A DNA stretch of 64,000 nt, taken from the NCBI GenBank assembly GCA_030324005.1, contig JARDVH010000084.1:53718663-53782662 (forward strand), in the 5' to 3' direction. Below are positions 11,600-23,250 of this stretch, one piece after another. Source of the DNA: Negaprion brevirostris (Eukaryota). Each line of letters starts with the position of its first letter. The first letter of the stretch is position 1. The notes below the pieces were generated by a model. It was not told where the DNA came from, made no database searches, and saw nothing but the letters and a program-made list of their open reading frames with translations. The position numbers and the translations under genes are program-made.

Positions 11600-13335
11600 C
11601 CCTTTTACAATCTATATCAATGATCTACAAGCAGGGAGTGTAACAGTGAAATTTGCTGACTACATAAAAATAGATGGGAAGCAGGCTGTGATGAGGAGAT
11701 AAAATGTTTAAAAATGGATATTGACAAATTAGGGGAATGGACCAGAATCTAGCAGATGGAGTTTAATGTGGATAAATGCAGGTTATCCGTTTTGGCTGGG
11801 AAAACAAAAGGGCAAATTGTTATTTAAATGAGAAACAGATTCAAAAGACATCTGTGCAGAGGGATCTGGGTGTCCCTGTGCATGAGTCTCAAAGTGGATA
11901 TGCAGGTACAAAATGTTATAAGGAAGGCAAATGGAATCTTGACATTTATTGCAAAGGACCTAGAGTATAAAAGTAGAGAAGTGTCATTACAATTGTATAA
12001 GGCATTGGTGAGACCACACTTGGAGTCTTGTGTTGTTCTTACTCCTAATTCCTATGCTCCAATATATTAGAGTAGCACGAGTATATCTGATAATCCCAGC
12101 ATGGGCACTAACAACCCACATAAACAATGGATTAAACTTTTTCCACCTGCATGAAAATTTTTTTTTAATACTTATAATTAATTTGAACAATGAAATGTAT
12201 GTTTCTGTATACTGTCTGTATATTTTGTATGTTTTTGTACAAAATAGAAATTGGCATCAACTCATCATCAAAATAAATTACACGCAAGACAGTCTGTGCC
12301 GGGGATTACGTTTTACAGTTTCCAACGTTTGCAAAAGTATATTAGGCTTTATTGCAAGAGGATATGAATACAGGAGTAGCAAATTTTGCTTTAATTGTAT
12401 AGAACATTGAGAGACTGCACCTGGAGTACTAGAGGGCAGATGTGAGGTTACCCACTTTGGAAGAAATAATAGTAGGATTATTTAAATGGTGAAAAGTTGC
12501 AGCATGCTACTGTGCAGAGGGACCTGGGGGTCCTTGTGCACGAATCGCAAAAANNNNNNNNNNNNNNNNNNNNNNNNNNNNNNNNNNNNNNNNNNNNNNN
12601 NNNNNNNNNNNNNNNNNNNNNNNNNNNNNNNNNNNNNNNNNNNNNNNNNNNNNNNNNNNNNNNNNNNNNNNNNNNNNNNNNNNNNNNNNNNNNNNNNNNN
12701 NNNNNNNNNNNNNNNNNNNNNNNNNNNNNNNNNNNNNNNNNNNNNNNNNNNNNNNNNNNNNNNNNNNNNNNNNNNNNNNNNNNNNNNNNNNNNNNNNNNN
12801 NNNNNNNNNNNNNNNNNNNNNNNNNNNNNNNNNNNNNNNNNNNNNNNNNNNNNNNNNNNNNNNNNNNNNNNNNNNNNNNNNNNNNNNNNNNNNNNNNNNN
12901 NNNNNNNNNNNNNNNNNNNNNNNNNNNNNNNNNNNNNNNNNNNNNNNNNNNNNNNNNNNNNNNNNNNNNNNNNNNNNNNNNNNNNNNNNNNNNNNNNNNN
13001 NNNNNNNNNNNNNNNNNNNNNNNNNNNNNNNNNNNNNNNNNNNNNNNNNNNNNNNNNNNNNNNNNNNNNNNNNNNNNNNNNNNNNNNNNNNNNNNNNNNN
13101 NNNNNNNNNNNNNNNNNNNNNNNNNNNNNNNNNNNNNNNNNNNNNNNNNNNNNNNNNNNNNNNNNNNNNNNNNNNNNNNNNGGCTAGATGGCCTACTCCT
13201 GCTCCTATTTCTTATATTCTTACTGTGTGCAGTTTTGATCTCTTTACTTTAGGAAGGATATTATTGCCATAGAAGTACGGCAGCAAAGACTTGTTCCTGG
13301 GATGTTATGACTGTCAATTGAAGAGAGATGGAGAA
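11600..13335 (+). mobile_element. CR1 LINE RT fragments (two or more copies, partly in a gap)
   Basis: FTIYINDL, VQRDLGV.VHESQ and IRKANGILTFIAKDLEYKSREVSLQLYKALVRPHLE segments, plus CR1 tails. Confidence 0.85.
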
Positions 13336-13559
13336 ACTAGAAAATAAATCCCGCTATTCTGGCAATCCTCATTTCCTTCTCACATGCAGCGCTTCCATAA
13401 CTTCTTGGTGCATTTGTAAATGATAGAAGAAGCTCGCTTTNNNNNNNNNNNNNNNNNNNNNNNNNNNNGGCCTAACTGAACAATATCACAACTTGGTTAC
13501 ATCATTTAGTCTGTAAAAAGACTTAATTAGTCTCCATAATTATCTCCAGCTTCTTTTGG

Positions 13560-14185
13560 AGGATTTAAGAATACTTTGGAACTGTTCCTCTCGCGAAAAT
13601 GCTTAGATGTGAAAGGATTTACATTCTGTGGGATACACTCTAATAAGTTGGTTGCCGTGTTACAAGATTATTGTTTTGCTTTCAGCCCCAATAATTTTTC
13701 TTGGGCCTCTCCCTTCTCTTTCTACCCTTTTCTTTTATAATGTGCTACCACCCCAGCTTTAAAATTCATATCTGATGGCCTGATTTGACACCTCAAAGCT
13801 CTCTGGATTTTCTCTGAAACCTCTGCCTTAATAAATGTCATCCTTCCATGGCACTTAAATATTTTGAAACGTCTGAACCAGTTGTAGTTCCCTTCGCAGC
13901 TGGGAGTTGGTGCCACATTACTGAAGGTATCTTTGGATTCCTGGCATTAATGAACTGATGGAGACTCCAGCCCCCACCATCTGAAGCACGTTTCTTTGCA
14001 TGTACGTGCCAGAAAATGGTCAATTTATAATTTATTAACTAAACCTTCAAAACATTTTGTCATTCATGGCATGATTTTTCTCATATATCCCATTGCGAAA
14101 AGGACATTCTGTGTGATACCAAAACAGAGATTCGTAGCTACAAGGGAAATTACAATGGAAAGGGCTCTTCGCTCTGGAAAAAGAC
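13560..14185 (-). mobile_element. Degenerate LTR-retrotransposon integrase fragment (Copia-like)
   Basis: Frameshifted pieces: HAK...GGWS.HQ...RNPKIPSVM, FIKAEVSEKIQRALRCQIRPSDMNFKAG...YKR and RGPRKIIGAESKTIIL*HGNQLIRV. Confidence 0.7.
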
Positions 14186-14495
14186 TTGAGGGGTGGGGGA
14201 GTGACCTAGAAATTTTTGAGGTTATGAGAGTTTGATAGGGTAGATATTTAGAGTATGTTTTCACTTGCAGGGGAGACCAGAACTTCGGTCAACAATGTAA
14301 GATTAATACTAAGAAATCCATAGGGACTTTAGGGGAAGCTGCTTTACCAGCGAGGGGATAGGATGCAGCATTTGCTACCAAAAGGGGTAGATGGATTTAA
14401 GGGGAAACTACATAAGCATATAAGGGAAAAAGGAATAGAAAGGAATGGGATTCAATGAAAACCTCTAGGGCTAATGGTTGTTTCTGTACCGTAGA
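14186..14495 (+). mobile_element. Degenerate CR1 3' end
   Basis: gagtgacctagaaatttttgaggttatgagagtttgatagggtagat...tttaaggggaaacta. Confidence 0.7.
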
Positions 14496-15419
14496 TACTA
14501 TTTAACGATGTGATACTGTGCCATTGGGGATACGATTTCTATGAGGCATTGAAACTGAAGATCACTTCCTATTCTGGTTGTTTAGAAAATTTCAAACAAT
14601 CTCATGGCATTATTGGAAAATGAGGTGAAAATTCCCTTGTGTTGTTGCAGGAGTTTCTCCCTTGAAGACAGCAAGGGTGGCTTGCAAATCTGGTGCAGAG
14701 AGGGCAATAACATTGCAGTTACCTGCTGTTAACTGTTGATCATGTCTGTCTAAGTGGTCAGTTTAGTTATGAAGGAGGTGACTAAGGTTGAAAAGTTTTT
14801 AATCTAGACAGTGTTTTAATACTGACATCAGAGGGCAGTTGCTCTTTAAGAGATGAACAGCCACCGTTAGGTAGATTTTAAATAGTATGGGGCTATCACA
14901 CAGCATTGCTTGGCCCAGTTCTGAATTTTGTCCATTTAATCTTGGTCTGTAGATGCCTAGTGGCTTCAAAAAAACTTTGCATATTGTGACAGTAAGTATA
15001 TTGTTGGACCTCTCAGGCTCTCTCTTCCCCTACTTGACCTTTATCTGCAAGATTTGTCTTTGTGGTCAGTCTTGAGCTGTTGGAGTGTTGCCTTCCTGAC
15101 TTGTGAGCATAGGTTGTTCTGCCAGGCAACAAAGACTATTCACTTTTGTTCTAAGAGGTCACATATTTCAATGTTGTTTCTGATCAACAAGTTCTGGTGA
15201 CAATGATGCTCAAAGCTAAGGGTTTGGGTACAAGAATTTAGTACAACTGACTATTTGATCCCACGTTTCTGGAATTGAGTTAGATGTGTGAAGACTTTCC
15301 AGATTCGTGAGCTACAATTGGAATTCCTCTTTTTTTGGGCTGTTTTAGGTCTGAGACATTGATCTCCTTCTCCAGATTATTGTCTACTTTAGGATAATTA
15401 TGGAAAAAGATAAGTGCTG

Positions 15420-15613
15420 TCCGAGGGGGAGGGTGCTAAACTGGGGGAAGGCAAGTCACAGCCAGATGTATGGATACTGATTGGGAGAGGTTGTTTGCGG
15501 ATAAGTCCGCGTTTGGCAAGTGGGAGGCTTTCAAGGGAAAACTGAATAGGTTGCAGGAAAGACATGTGCCGGTTAAGAGGAAGGATGGGAAAGGTAGGAT
15601 TAGACAGCTGTGG
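15420..15613 (+). mobile_element. CR1 ORF2 fragment (EN-RT linker)
   Basis: DWERLFADKS...KWEAFKGKLNRLQERHVPVKRKDGKGRIRQLW. Confidence 0.8.
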
Positions 15614-15849
15614 NNNNNNNNNNNNNNNNNNNNNNNNNNNNNNNNNNNNNNNNNNNNNNNNNNNNNNNNNNNNNNNNNNNNNNNNNNNNNNNNNNNNNNN
15701 NNNNNNNNNNNNNTTTCTGAATTAAACTTTTTGTTAGGATTATGAACAAGCTCCCTCATTGACGCAGTTTATAAACCTGTCAATGAAAATGTATTTTTTT
15801 AAAAATAAAACCCTGGCGTTTATTTTCACTTTGTTTCCCCATCACAAAA

Positions 15850-16395
15850 ACTGCCTATTTCAACCTCACTAGCATCACCTGGCTTTGCCACTGTCTCAGC
15901 TCATCTGCTGTTGAAACCCCCATTCATGCCTTCATTACCTTCAGATTTGACTATTTCTGGCTCTTCTGCCATGTTCTACTCTCTATAAACTTGAGATTAT
16001 CCACTATTCAGCTGCCTGTGTTTTAACTTGTAGCATGTCCCATTCTCCTTTTTACCACTCTGCTCATTGACTCATATTAGCTCTTGGTCAAGCAATACCT
16101 TGACTTAAAAATTTTCATCCTCATTTTCAAATTCCTTTTGTGGCTTTGCTCCTCGCCACCTCTATAATATCTTCTGGCTGCATAACCATTTTAATTCTAG
16201 CCTTAATTGTTTCACCATTTGTGACAGTGCCTTTAGTTGCTTGGGATTCAACTCAAATCCCCTCCTTATACCCTTCTACCTTTCCTACTTTGAGAGTCTT
16301 TGTCATCTGGCTTATGTGGCTTTGTCTCATTTTCTTTTATAATGTAACTGAAACACTTTGCAATGTTCCATTACATTAAAGTTGCATGTTGCTAT
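15850..16395 (+). mobile_element. Old L2-clade LINE 3' end
   Basis: Degenerate ETLIHAFITSRLDY-like segment (gaaacccccattcatgccttcattaccttcagatttgactat) and an L2-type tail. Confidence 0.65.
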
Positions 16396-16991
16396 TCTCC
16401 AAAAAACCTCTGAAATCTAGCATGTGCATGGCAGCTGTCAGAGCATACGATGAAATAAATAATATGCAGTTTCTTAATGTATTATTGTATGTGGCATGCG
16501 CAAGTTTGTTTTTAATTGCAATGCCCTTTGACTGCTAAACTTTGATTATTGGCATTCAGTTTCTCTACTTCAGTTTTTTAAAATAGCAGGGAGTGTCTTT
16601 TTTCAACTTCAGCACTTACTTTCTGCCATAAGTATTCAAGTAAAACCTCTGCTGCAACAAGAAACCTTAACATGGATGAAAGTGCAACTTTCACAGGTAT
16701 TCGGTTCAGCCATTGGAACATGGGCTTTTGATAACTCCTTTTAGGGGTTTTCTGCTGTTGCCAAGTCAGCTCAGCACCCAGTCTGGGCCAGGAGTTAAAT
16801 TTGGATGACTGCCAGTACTCATGCTCAGGGTAAATAGCCAAACTCGTATTAATAATCCCTAACCTTTAAGATATGCAGGAAGATCATAAATCACAGATGG
16901 TCAATTGATCTTTTATTCAAGTTGCAGCATGTGAAATCTCCCGCCTCAATTGATTGTGGGCTGTGCATTTGATGCTGTGCAGTGTTTTCAG

Positions 16992-17105
16992 AGCTCTAAC
17001 AGGAATAAATAATCCTGTGCTGTGTTGCATGTTGACAGTGATCATTACATCATAGCTCTAACAGGAATAATCCTGTGCTGCGTTTTGTTAACAGTGATCA
17101 TTACA
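16992..17105 (+). repeat. Imperfect tandem duplication, two units of about 55-60 bp
   Basis: agctctaacaggaataa...tcctgtgctg...acagtgatcattaca occurs at 16992 and 17054. Confidence 0.85.
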
Positions 17106-17785
17106 ATTGTTTTAATATTCAGTTTTATTAATGTTGTGTGTACCATTTTATTCTATGAAGATTTTTTTAAAAGTGTGAACTTTTCCACTTCATCCACAAA
17201 CCGTTTCCCTGCTTAAAACTTCCAAATTCCGAGCAGTTGGTGACAGTTTGTGCCAACTGGGAACTAGGTTGAGAATTCACAAACACATTTTAATTAGGAT
17301 GTCTTGCCAGTTGTGAGAGGAGGCTTTTATTTCCGCCAGGATTTCAATTCCGGTCCCAGAGCGGAAAGTAAGAATGTTAAATTAATGCACCTCCTAAGCT
17401 CAGTTTGGTGAAATTTGGATGATATTAAAACAAGGGTTCGTGGGAAGGAAATATAGGAATAGGCGCTTTTGTCATTCAAACCTGCTGTGCTGTTTGACCA
17501 GATCATAACTGATCTTCTACCTTGACTATTTTTCTTCAGTATCCCCAAATGCGTTGATGCTTCCTTTATCTAAAAATCTATCAATTTCTGCCTTGAATAA
17601 AATTGGAATTTCCAAGAGCCTCTGAATAAAACTGTTAATGTGAACATTGGTGTTTGTTAATCTGGTAGGATTTTATTGGGGTTGAAGTATGCTGTGCCTG
17701 ACCCATTTTAAAAAATGCTCATTTTATGCACGTTCTGTTGTCACCAGTATAGAAATGTCTCATTCTTAATGCATGCTATTGATTA

Positions 17786-17914
17786 TCTGACAACACCAGG
17801 TTTTAGTCCAACCGATTTATTTGATAATAGACTCACAAGCTTTCGGGGTTAGTCCCTTCGTCAGGTGAATGGAGAGTTCTGGCCTCGGTTGGACTAAAAC
17901 CTGGTGTTGTCAGA
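17786..17914 (-). mobile_element. Penelope-derived hairpin mini-element
   Basis: Perfect 30-bp inverted repeats at 17786-17815 and 17885-17914, related to the Penelope 3' terminus, enclose a hammerhead motif. Confidence 0.75.
17830..17872 (-). ncRNA. Minimal type I hammerhead ribozyme motif
   Basis: Minus strand reads attcac-CTGACGA-agggactaacccc-GAAA-gc-TT-gtgagt: intact core boxes, stem I attcac/gtgagt, stem II ggg/ccc and palindromic AGCT stem III. Confidence 0.7.
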
Positions 17915-17974
17915 CTTTTTGCCATAAGCATAGACATGGGTCAAGGGTGGAAGAGGAAAAGCACATTGTTAAAA

Positions 17975-18037
17975 TGGCAGCGCGGGCTCATTGGGCCGTA
18001 GGGCCTGTTTCCTGTGCTGTGTTGTTCTTTGTTCTTT
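17975..18037 (+). mobile_element. CR1 3' tail
   Basis: gggctcattgggccgtagggcctgtttcctgtgctg followed by (ttgttct)n. Confidence 0.7.
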
Positions 18038-18109
18038 TGGCCTTATGATGTCTGGTGCTAGATGCCTATTCGTCATTGATCAAACAAGTCAATGATTAGT
18101 CCAAGAGGC

Positions 18110-18420
18110 ATCAATCCTGCATTACAACAGTGACTATATTTCAAAAAGTACTTCATAGGCTGTAATGCACCTTGAGACATCCAATGGATGTGAAAAGTGA
18201 TATATAAATGCAAGTTTGCTGGTGTCTTCAACTGACACAACCAAAAACAAATGTATTGCCCACGCATCTCACCTATTATTGGTGGTTCCTGATACAGGTT
18301 GACTTTTAGATTTGTCAACATCACAGCAATGATTGCATTTCAAAAATAATTAGTTGGCTATCAAGAGCTTCAGCATATCCTTGGATCATGATTAGGTGCT
18401 GCGATAATACAAGTCCATTT
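18110..18420 (+). mobile_element. Two Deu-SINE (SacSINE1/AmnSINE1-like) 3' remnants
   Basis: cattacaacagtgactatatttcaaaaagtacttcataggctgtaa...tatataaatgcaagt, with a second decayed copy at about 18320-18420. Confidence 0.6.
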
Positions 18421-20045
18421 TTACATTACTTATGAGCGAATGATACAGAAGCTCTAAGAAACCAAATTATGTGTATGGTTAGACATAAAGGCACTTCACG
18501 TAAGGAGAAAACAAAAGGTAGAAATTAACTTCTGAGCTCAAATGAAAACAGAAAATGTTAAACGTGCAACAGTTGAGTCAGAATATTAATGTCTTGCAGC
18601 AACCGCCCCAGCAATAAATAAACAAACTCAGACTAAACTACGGATTGTCACCTACAGTTCCTGCCTATTAGCAATAGATGTTTCAGGTGCCTGTTGCAGA
18701 CTAAACTCAAATGTAGCCAAACATAGCAGGAATTTTCAGTCCTCTTCTGTCTCACAACCACCTGAAATTGGGATGCTAGGGAGACAAGTATCACCCTTCC
18801 TCCTTTCTGGTTTATTATATCTGATTCTCACACATCCTTTTAATCCTCAAGGCTGTCTGAATGCCATGAAAGTAACAAGCTGCAATGTGCAGTGTTCTTT
18901 ATTAAGTGATGCATTTTGGAAATATAATTAATAGCAGCATGGGATCTGTGCTGCTCTGTACAGCAGCCAATTTCAAAACAGTAGAGTATTATACCAAATT
19001 AAGAACTGCAAATATGCAATTTTAGCCAGAACAATAGAAGTTTTGTTTTACAGTACAACATAGTTCTTTAATTCCAGTTTATAGTATAATGCCTATAACG
19101 GTTTGGGCAATGTAATGAATTAGCACACTACACTTTTACTTCTGTGACCCAGGTTTGAGCCCAGCTTATTCTACCAAGAGCAAAGTCTGATCTTTTCTGG
19201 CTGAATGTTTCCAATGATNNNNNNNNNNTCTTGGCATTCCAAGGAAATTTCTATTTGGCTACTTGGCACAGAACCACAACATAGATTTCTCCATAAATTA
19301 ATGTGAAACTGGAAATTTAAAAATGGCTAGCATAGGAATTAAAAAAAACACAGGGTCAAAGTGCGTTGCAACCATATTATTGGAGAAGAATAGAAATATT
19401 AGTTTGCATTTACCATGTTATATCTTGATGATGTAACGAGATATCAAAAACAGAAAACTGTCCTAGTTCCCATAAATGGTATCTTAACGGGAATGCAATC
19501 CACAATTTTAATTTTTTTTCAGTTGTAGCATGCAAGGGAATGAACATGAAGGACAGAAGTAGAAAATCAGATTAAGATAGATACAGACTGAACTGAATGC
19601 AGAGGAAGTTGCTGCAATCTTAACAATTTTGTCAAGAATCGTAGAAAATTTTCAATTTCTTTTGTCCATTCAGGTGGTTTGTTGAGGCAAACTCGTGAAG
19701 TCTATTCAATAAGTTTTTTTCATCAACCATAAACTTGATCTTGGCCTTGAAGTCATTAACATTTAATATGCAAATGTTGATATAATGGCACTGCAAATGG
19801 AGTTTGGATTTTAGGTCAAGTTCTGTATGTTCTCTCCAAAGTTTTGAATAATACATTAATGGAGCTTTATGTCACTGTTATGTGATTCTGCTCATGCACT
19901 GAATAAAGAAAATCATCCACATATCAAATCTAACATGACTGAAATAAAGCAACAATTTAGAGACTCAATAGCATTGCACACAGAGATCATAGTGCACACA
20001 GTGGGTTCATTTACATTGCCAGGCAAAAACCTGCTTGCAACTCAC

Positions 20046-20086
20046 CTGTATTCTTCATGAGTAAAGCATTCATGCAAATCCTGCGC
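20046..20086 (-). CDS. SWT1: SWT1 penultimate coding exon (5' part lost in the N gap)
   Basis: AQDLHECFTHEEY(R) then donor gtgag, phase 2, compatible with the last exon; resembles recalled AQEIYDCVSQTEYR. Confidence 0.85.
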
Positions 20087-20352
20087 NNNNNNNNNNNNNN
20101 NNNNNNNNNNNNNNNNNNNNNNNNNNNNNNNNNNNNNNNNNNNNNNNNNNNNNNNNNNNNNNNNNNNNNNNNNNNNNNNNNNNNNNNNNNNNNNNNNNNN
20201 NNNNNNNNNNNNNNNNNNNNNNNNNNNNNNNNNNNNNNNNNNNNNNNNNNNNNNNNNNTCAACCTCTATTGTATTATTCAACACAAACCTTAAGGAGTAA
20301 ATAAGTGAATGGACAGGTTTAAACATTGTTTTCCAGAAAGCTATTTTAATAC

Positions 20353-20431
20353 CTCTTCATTATTTAGAAAGATATGCAGGATTTCCGCGAGTTTCTGGAA
20401 ATCTTGAACGTTGCTATCAGACGACATAATT
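20353..20431 (-). CDS. SWT1: SWT1 internal coding exon
   Basis: Acceptor ttattgtttcag, donor gtatta; 79 nt, phase 2 to 0. Encodes (R)IMSSDSNVQDFQKLAEILHIFLNNEE, resembling [23 protein letters not shown]. Confidence 0.8.
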
Positions 20432-20624
20432 CTGAAACAATAATCACGAACAACATATTAGGTAAAGTCTAAAACTAGAATATTAAACAAGCAAGCCTCA
20501 AAGTTAACTCCATGACAAAATATAAACATGTCCAATAGATCTGAGCGGATAGCACCGTTTAAAATTACTAGGAAAGTAACACTATTCCATGCAATCAGAA
20601 TAGTTTAGTAAGAAGTCTTCATAT

Positions 20625-20742
20625 AAGAGGCAGCAATCTGAAAGCTAGTGGCTTTTGCTACCAAATAAACCAGTTGGAATTTAACCTAGTGTTGTGAGAC
20701 TTCTTACTGTGTTTACCCCAGTCCAACGCTGGCATCTCCACG
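20625..20742 (+). mobile_element. Penelope 3'-terminal remnant
   Basis: gaaagctagtggcttttgctaccaaataaac...gtgttgtgagacttcttactgtgtttaccccagtccaac...gcatctccac matches 55495-55597. Confidence 0.8.
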
Positions 20743-20952
20743 TCAGAATAGTTGCCAGATTTAACTTGTATTTATTAAATTATGAACTATTTTTGTTCTT
20801 CTGGCCTAAGGTAAGAGCATCTTTAGCACACTGCATATAGTGTTAGGCTTGGGATTTAATTTGTATATCAGTGTTGGGAAATAGAACATTATGTTCTCAT
20901 CCAGCATCTGTAATCAATTCAAAATCAAGTATATCAGATTATACAGAATCAT

Positions 20953-21275
20953 ATGGGCGGCATGGTGACATAGTGGTCAGCACTGCTGCCTCACAGTGCC
21001 CGGGATCCGGGTTCAATTCCGACCTTGGGATACTGTCTGTGTGGAGTTTGCATGTTCTCCCCATATCTGTGTGGATTTCCTCTGAGGGTTTCGGTTTCCT
21101 TCCAAAGTCCAAAGGAGTGCATGATAGGTTGATTGGCCATGCTAAATTAACCCTTAGTGCTGGGGGCTAGCAAGGTAAACATGTAAGGTTGCGGGGATAG
21201 GGCCTGGGTGGAATTATTATCTGTGCAGACTTGATGGCCAATTGGCCTCCTTCTGCACTACAGGGATTCTGTGAT
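20953..21275 (+). mobile_element. Full-length HE1 V-SINE
   Basis: tRNA head with A/B boxes (ggcatggtgacatagtgg...gggttcaattcc), V-domain and CR1-like tail. Confidence 0.9.
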
Positions 21276-23070
21276 AGCTTCTTACATGCTGTAAAATTGT
21301 ATTAAACTCATTACTGATATTGACAATTTGAAAAGTTAGCCATTTCCTCTCATTTCCGCTTTTTTTTCTCCATTTTCTCTTACATTTTTGTTTTACTTTT
21401 ATAAGCTGTTGTGGATTCTGCTTCCACTAATACTTCTGCTAAGGCATTCCACGTTTCAATAGTTCTCTGCATGTAAAAATGCTCTTTTCATTTATTTGGT
21501 GATGATCTTAAATTTATGTTGCTGAGCTACTAACACACCAACAGGTTTGAATAGTCTTTTCCCAATAATCTTTTCAAAATCCTTCAATATTTCCAATAGA
21601 TGTATACGATAAAGTTATCATGGGATTACTTCAACAACGCACATTAGTCTCAACTTAATGTCATTTCCCATTATTACCATTTTGTGAGGAAAGAACAATT
21701 TTCAGACTGTAGAAATTGGATAGCCCAATGGATAGCACTGGGATCACAATTTGTGGCCAGCCCATATAGATCGAAATGGGCAGCAAGCAAACTTGGTGAA
21801 CTCAGTTCTGTAAGGCTCTCCTGAGTTCTGTGGAGGAGATGATTGTCTGCATCACAGGCCAGCTGCAACAGAGCCAGCAGCATCCAAAATCAATGAAGAT
21901 AATGGCATCTTTTTCCCTTATGTCCCTTCTCAATTCCCAGTTCACCATCATCTTGAAATCTGGCACAGTGAGCAAGTTGCTGATGGTATGACCATGGATC
22001 TCTTGCTTCCCACTCATCCCCATGTGCTTCACACCGCACCCCTGTCTCTTGATCTGTTACTCGCAATCACCTGTTCAGGTACTGGCACCTCAAAGGTAAA
22101 AATAAAGTTGAGATCAGTATGGAGAACGAGTGCCCCCTACATGGGCTGGGTATGAAGAATGATTTATTTGTCAGTACATCAGAGGAAGAGGTCATGATAA
22201 GTTTTGCTGCAGGTGACTCAGATAGGAATCTCACTCATTAACACTGAAGTTAATGCTAAACCTCACTGCAACATTTCCTCGATCACCCTGCCGACCCTGA
22301 GTCACCATTGCTGCTGCCTGTACGGATAGATCACCTACTCCTCTGCCGTCCCCACCCCTGTGAAGGTTACTCACACCCTCAGAAAAATCCAGCACATCAC
22401 ACTTACCTGCAAAAACACCCAGAGCACCTCAGACACTTTTGTAAGCAAAAAAGATTTGCAAAAATTACCTTACTTGCAATGCGAGTTTCTAGCCCTTTAA
22501 ATAATAATCACCCTACTGTATTAACTGGGTTCATCTTGCAGCTTCACGTTTGTTCTTTGCTGAGTGAACAATGAGAAAGTTACCTGCACGTGTTGGCCAA
22601 ATTTGGAATCAACACTGTGCACATCAGGTGGTTGGGATGTGTGCCATCAGGATAGTGTTGACTCAAAGCCTTTCAGTGTAGTGGTGCCACATTATGCACC
22701 CTTTTCTTTCAGCAATACCACAAACGTTATGCCAAAGTGGCCAGAGGAGCAGACCACACAGAAAAAGCATTGCTGTGTGAGCAATGTTTCCTCTTAAGTT
22801 GCAAGGGAGTGCAGCTAGCTGCATTAAGAAATGTGCTGCACTTGAAATGAAGATTGTGCACAAGCAATGCTCCCTTTAAGATAAGCACATCACAGCAAAC
22901 AGGTGCAAGAGGAATATTTTATTCAAGGCAATTTTACTCACACCCATACTTTCAAATTAAGGGTGCTTAAGTGCTGCAGATTTATGGATTTTTATTGAGA
23001 AGGCTTAAATCCATTTCTCCCTTACAGAAGTCAAAGTATCCTTTCCCTTATGGCCTGAGCTGGATTTAGG

Positions 23071-23250
23071 ATGTTGAGATGCTGGCGTTGGACTGGGGTA
23101 AATACAGTAAGAAGTCTCACAACACCAGGTTTAAGTCCTGCTTATTTGATAGTTTCCCTCAAGCTTTCGGAAACGGTGTTCCTTCATCAGGTGCGTGGAA
23201 GATTCTGATCAGAGAAGGAAACCTGGTGTTATGAGACTTCTTACTGTATT
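23071..23250 (-). mobile_element. Second Penelope-derived hairpin mini-element with a hammerhead core
   Basis: 32-bp inverted repeats at 23101-23132 and 23219-23250 (one mismatch). The minus-strand loop reads CTGATGA-aggaacaccgtttcc-GAAA-gctt. Confidence 0.75.

Noticed and set aside
12486-13252. Long ORFs in the supplied track (also 9258-9808, 51043-51741 and 52431-52925)
   Set aside because: They are open only because of N runs or lie within repeats.
16620-16740. Possible extra minus-strand exon ending at a gtaagt donor (…FLVAAEVLLEYLWQK)
   Set aside because: Its phase-0 end is incompatible with the phase-2 terminal exon, and SWT1 is already contiguous without it.
19632-19856. 74-aa minus-strand ORF and an overlapping plus-strand acceptor-like site
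   Set aside because: No recognisable homology, and all plus-strand frames close quickly.
20953-21030. tRNA-like A/B boxes
   Set aside because: This is the head of a SINE, not a tRNA gene; the same applies to the other SINE copies.
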